NCBI GenBank assembly: GCA_963701185.1
Contig: OY969569.1
Coordinates: 667,548-731,547 of the forward strand
Length of the DNA stretch: 64,000 nucleotides
Source of the DNA: Candidatus Gottesmanbacteria bacterium
GTDB lineage: Bacteria; Patescibacteriota; Microgenomatia; UBA10105; UBA927
Direction of reading: 5' to 3'
Part shown: positions 60,888 to 64,000 of the stretch, in pieces
Numbering within the stretch: position 1 is the first letter of the stretch
Layout of the letters: the number at the start of each line of letters is the position of its first letter
Program-made: the position numbers and the translations under genes
Notes under the pieces: model-generated
What the model saw: only the letters and a program-made list of their open reading frames with translations
Told to the model about the DNA's origin: nothing
Database searches by the model: none

Positions 60888-62177
60888 TCACCCGATGGCC
60901 TGGCTTGCCCGTGTTACGTTATGAACAGTTTTCGAAGATATAATCGTCGTAAACCCGAGGCGGTTGGCCTCCTTCGCCCGCCGTTCATCAGAACCGATGG
61001 ACCGGATTTCCCCTAAAAGTCCTACTTCGCCGAACACTGCGGTTTTAGGATCCAACGGTTTATTTTTGAATGAAGAAAGAATTGCCAGCGCCACAGCAAG
61101 ATCCGCGGCCGGTTCCTCAATCTTCATTCCTCCACTGACGTTGACAAAAACATCAAAATTCCCGAGCGGAATATTTAATCGTTTTTGCAATATCGCGACT
61201 AACAATTGTAAACGGTTATAGTCGATCCCGTTGGCAATCCTGCGTGGCATCGCCAACTGTGACGGCACCGCAAGCGCCTGAATTTCGACGAGCATCGGCC
61301 GGGTTCCCTCCATAATAACGGTCACAATACTCCCGGGAACATTTTTTACCCGGTCCTGCAAAAATAGAGCGGATGGATTTGCTATCTCCTTCAGGCCTGT
61401 CTCGTCCATTTCGAAAATTCCCACTTCTTCGATGGCCCCGAACCGATTTTTGTACGTACGCAAAATTCTGGCATTGGCAAACCGTTCTCCCTCTAAATAC
61501 AAGACCGTATCTACCATGTGTTCAAGGACTTTCGGCCCTGCAATCGTCCCCTCCTTTGTTACGTGACCGATGATGATAATGGAAATACCTTTACGTTTGG
61601 CAACGCCCACCAAAACTTCGGCGCAATGCCGGATCTGCCCCACCGACCCTGCCATACCATCCAAATCCCCTGACGATAGTGTCTGGATGGAATCCACAAC
61701 AACAAGATTTCCCTCCAGTGCATTGACAATACTTTCAACAGACGTCTCCGCCAGTACGCTGATATTCCCGCCTTCGACACCAAGGCGTTTCGCGCGCAGT
61801 TTAATCTGTTCCGCCGATTCCTCACCGGAGACATACAAGCCGCCGCATTTAGCAATAACATGAAGAAGTAGGGTCGACTTTCCGATCCCCGGATCGCCGG
61901 CAAGAAGCGTCACCGATCCCGGCACGATCCCCCCGCCCATCACGCGGTCAAATTCCGTAAATCCGCTTTTGAGACGGTTTTTTTCAATATGTTTTACTTC
62001 TGATAGCTTTTGGGGTTTTGATGAAGAAATTTTTTTTGAAAAGATATTTTGTGTTTTTACATCTTCCTTAACTGTCTCAACCAGCGTGTTCCATTCCCCG
62101 CAATTGGGACACTTCCCGTACCAACTGGGGCTCTCAAACCCGCATTGTTGACACACATAGGACGTCCGGAGTTTCAT
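60888..62177 (-). CDS. radA: DNA repair protein RadA/Sms
   Basis: CQQCG..CPNCGEW Zn finger, GDPGIGKSTLL, KNRFG, Lon-like C-terminus. Confidence 0.97.
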   Translation of the reverse strand: MKLRTSYVCQQCGFESPSWYGKCPNCGEWNTLVETVKEDVKTQNIFSKKISSSKPQKLSEVKHIEKNRLKSGFTEFDRVMGGGIVPGSVTLLAGDPGIGKSTLLLHVIAKCGGLYVSGEESAEQIKLRAKRLGVEGGNISVLAETSVESIVNALEGNLVVVDSIQTLSSGDLDGMAGSVGQIRHCAEVLVGVAKRKGISIIIIGHVTKEGTIAGPKVLEHMVDTVLYLEGERFANARILRTYKNRFGAIEEVGIFEMDETGLKEIANPSALFLQDRVKNVPGSIVTVIMEGTRPMLVEIQALAVPSQLAMPRRIANGIDYNRLQLLVAILQKRLNIPLGNFDVFVNVSGGMKIEEPAADLAVALAILSSFKNKPLDPKTAVFGEVGLLGEIRSIGSDERRAKEANRLGFTTIISSKTVHNVTRASQAIG

Positions 62178-62290
62178 TGTGGGGATATTCTACCTTATCT
62201 TAACAACATTTGGTACATCTTCTACGGGAAAGTAGACGGTATTGACTTTAGTATTTGGGTAATGCATTATGGAACGTAAGATATAACTGT

Positions 62291-63298
62291 ATGCCAGACA
62301 AAACCTCCGCAGCAACGCATCCGCAGGATTCCCCACAAGGGAAACATACACGTGATTCTGTCATTGTCGCGGCACCACCGGAACCCTGGTACCGACGGGC
62401 TATGAGAACGGTGAAAAATCCCAAAGTCGCCCCGTACTTGGGGATCGGTTTATTTTTGGTCATCGGTCTCGTATTCACTATGGCAACCCTGTATCCACAA
62501 CAGGTCACCACTCGAGCAACAACTCATCAGGCGACGGTCACGGTACTGCCGGCAATGCTTTCCCTGCCGCCAAATGGAACCATGCAGTTATGGGCGACGA
62601 CAGACAGTCCTACGGCATTTGTCAACGTTCAACTAACCTTTAATCCTGCGGTCGTGAAGTTAACGGCGGAGATAACCCTGACGACGTCAGCCTGGGGAAG
62701 AGTCATCAAACAAACCACCATGGCTGATGCCAACGCCTCAGGCAAAATAGATCTGGTCATAGGACTGGATCCGACGCACGTCCAAACTCCCCCCAACGGG
62801 ACATTCCAGCTTGCAACCCTGCAGTTCGGAGCAAATACAACAAATCCTAATGTAACCACCACCGTCGTCGCGTCTGCCTCGTCCCAACTGGCGGCAGTAG
62901 ATGCGACAGTTTTTACCCTTACCTCTGTCGGCAGTACCATTACCGTGAATCCTCTCACCACCCCGACCTTAGGGGTCACTCCAACCGTGACACCGACACC
63001 TCCGCCCAACGACACTACCCCGCCGGTGGTGACCATCACAACACCTACAGACGGATCCGTCGTCCCGGATAAAGGCAGTATGTCCATTAAGATCACGGCA
63101 TCCGACAGCAGCGGTATTGCCACCATTACAATCGCCCTGGACGGCACCGTCACCAAAACCTGTACCGGAGCAACCACTTGTCAGGTCAATACCGCAGTCA
63201 ATAAACTTGCGGTCGGGAGCCATACGATCACAGCTTCCGCCACGGACAACAGTACGAACAAAAACACCGCCTCAACAACCATCAGTGTGACGAAATAA
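62291..63298 (+). CDS. Membrane-anchored cohesin-like + Ig-like domain protein
   Basis: TM, QQVTTRA, VNVQLTFNPAVVKL, PT linker, DTTPPVVTITTP...ASDSSGI...GSHTITASATD. Confidence 0.7.
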   Translation: MPDKTSAATHPQDSPQGKHTRDSVIVAAPPEPWYRRAMRTVKNPKVAPYLGIGLFLVIGLVFTMATLYPQQVTTRATTHQATVTVLPAMLSLPPNGTMQLWATTDSPTAFVNVQLTFNPAVVKLTAEITLTTSAWGRVIKQTTMADANASGKIDLVIGLDPTHVQTPPNGTFQLATLQFGANTTNPNVTTTVVASASSQLAAVDATVFTLTSVGSTITVNPLTTPTLGVTPTVTPTPPPNDTTPPVVTITTPTDGSVVPDKGSMSIKITASDSSGIATITIALDGTVTKTCTGATTCQVNTAVNKLAVGSHTITASATDNSTNKNTASTTISVTK

Positions 63299-63315
63299 CT
63301 GCGGGTAGCAAATTG

Positions 63316-64000
63316 TTACCGGTAGCCGATCGGCTTTTCGGTGAGCGTCATGGAGAGGCTGATTTTCCGCTGATCAGGCTTGATGTCTTCAATGATGCAC
63401 TGAATCTCATCCCCGGTTTTTGGCTCTTCGCCGGGCGAAATCTTGCTGATGTGGATGAGTCCTTCAATACCGGGCGAGAGAATGACAAAAATACCGTATG
63501 GGGAGACGCGGGAAACTGTTCCTTTGACCGTCGTATCCTTCTCAAACATATCCAAAACGTGTTCCCATGGATCAGGCAGAAGCTGTTTAAGAGATAATGT
63601 CAGCTTCCCAGAGGCCGCATCAATGCCGATGACTTTTACCTTGATGCTGTCCCCTGTTTTGAGGTACTGGTTCGGATCTTCGACCTTTTCCCAGGCAATT
63701 TCGGAGATATGAATAAGACCTTCAATTTCGTGCTCTGTCCCATCCTTGACGACTTTTAATTTGGCAAACGCACCAAACGGTACCACGCCGGTAATAGTCG
63801 CGGATACTGTTTCTCCGACCGTCAGGGCCGAGAGTACTTCTTTTTGCTTGGCAAGCGTCGCCCCTTCAGTCACTGCACGTTGGGAAAATACTAAGCGGTT
63901 CGTGTCCCGATCAACCTCAACGACTTTCGCCTGAATTCTGCGGTTTATCGCTTTATCCAATTGCTTGAACGTCGCCCCATCCAGCTGCGACTGCGGAATA
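63316..64000 (-). CDS. rpsA: 30S ribosomal protein S1 (C-terminal part; runs off window edge)
   Basis: S1 repeats FGAFAKL..EGLIHISEIAW, YGIFV..EGLIHIS. Confidence 0.88.
   Translation of the reverse strand, partial: IPQSQLDGATFKQLDKAINRRIQAKVVEVDRDTNRLVFSQRAVTEGATLAKQKEVLSALTVGETVSATITGVVPFGAFAKLKVVKDGTEHEIEGLIHISEIAWEKVEDPNQYLKTGDSIKVKVIGIDAASGKLTLSLKQLLPDPWEHVLDMFEKDTTVKGTVSRVSPYGIFVILSPGIEGLIHISKISPGEEPKTGDEIQCIIEDIKPDQRKISLSMTLTEKPIGYR

Overview
A 64-kb bacterial chromosomal segment in standard code 11 (TGA is used as a stop). The lineage is inferred, not proven, to be Patescibacteria/CPR, probably Microgenomates: split comEC, clustered pilins, many GT-C membrane glycosyltransferases, Pro/Thr-rich surface proteins and near-leaderless promoters. 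Left to right: an argH-argG-argS operon under a T-box-like leader with an ultrashort Stem I and a CGA (Arg) loop; leuS-comEA-comEC-comEC(MBL)-M14 hydrolase; a 1.1-kb AT-rich gap; and a ~4000-aa protein combining two MerR/Xis-type HTH domains, a TM helix, ~2700 residues of Gly-X-Y collagen and a tail-spike-like head with a peptidase-G2-like autocleavage domain. That gene is followed by a tail-fibre-like peptidase-S74 protein, three type IV pilins and a ~20-kb surface glycosylation cluster, then two tRNA-Ala genes, LysM-M23, rho and an RHH/RelE toxin-antitoxin pair. The right end has two candidate divergent ~95-nt sRNAs with complementary loops, dockerin and cohesin proteins, PIN/TRAM, radA and a partial rpsA. 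Several REP/RPE-like palindromes and 7-9-bp tandem repeats are translated in frame inside genes. Many single-base frameshifts (about 15.5-16 kb and 30-42 kb) look like sequencing or assembly errors. All calls come from reading motifs by eye; no database searches were run.
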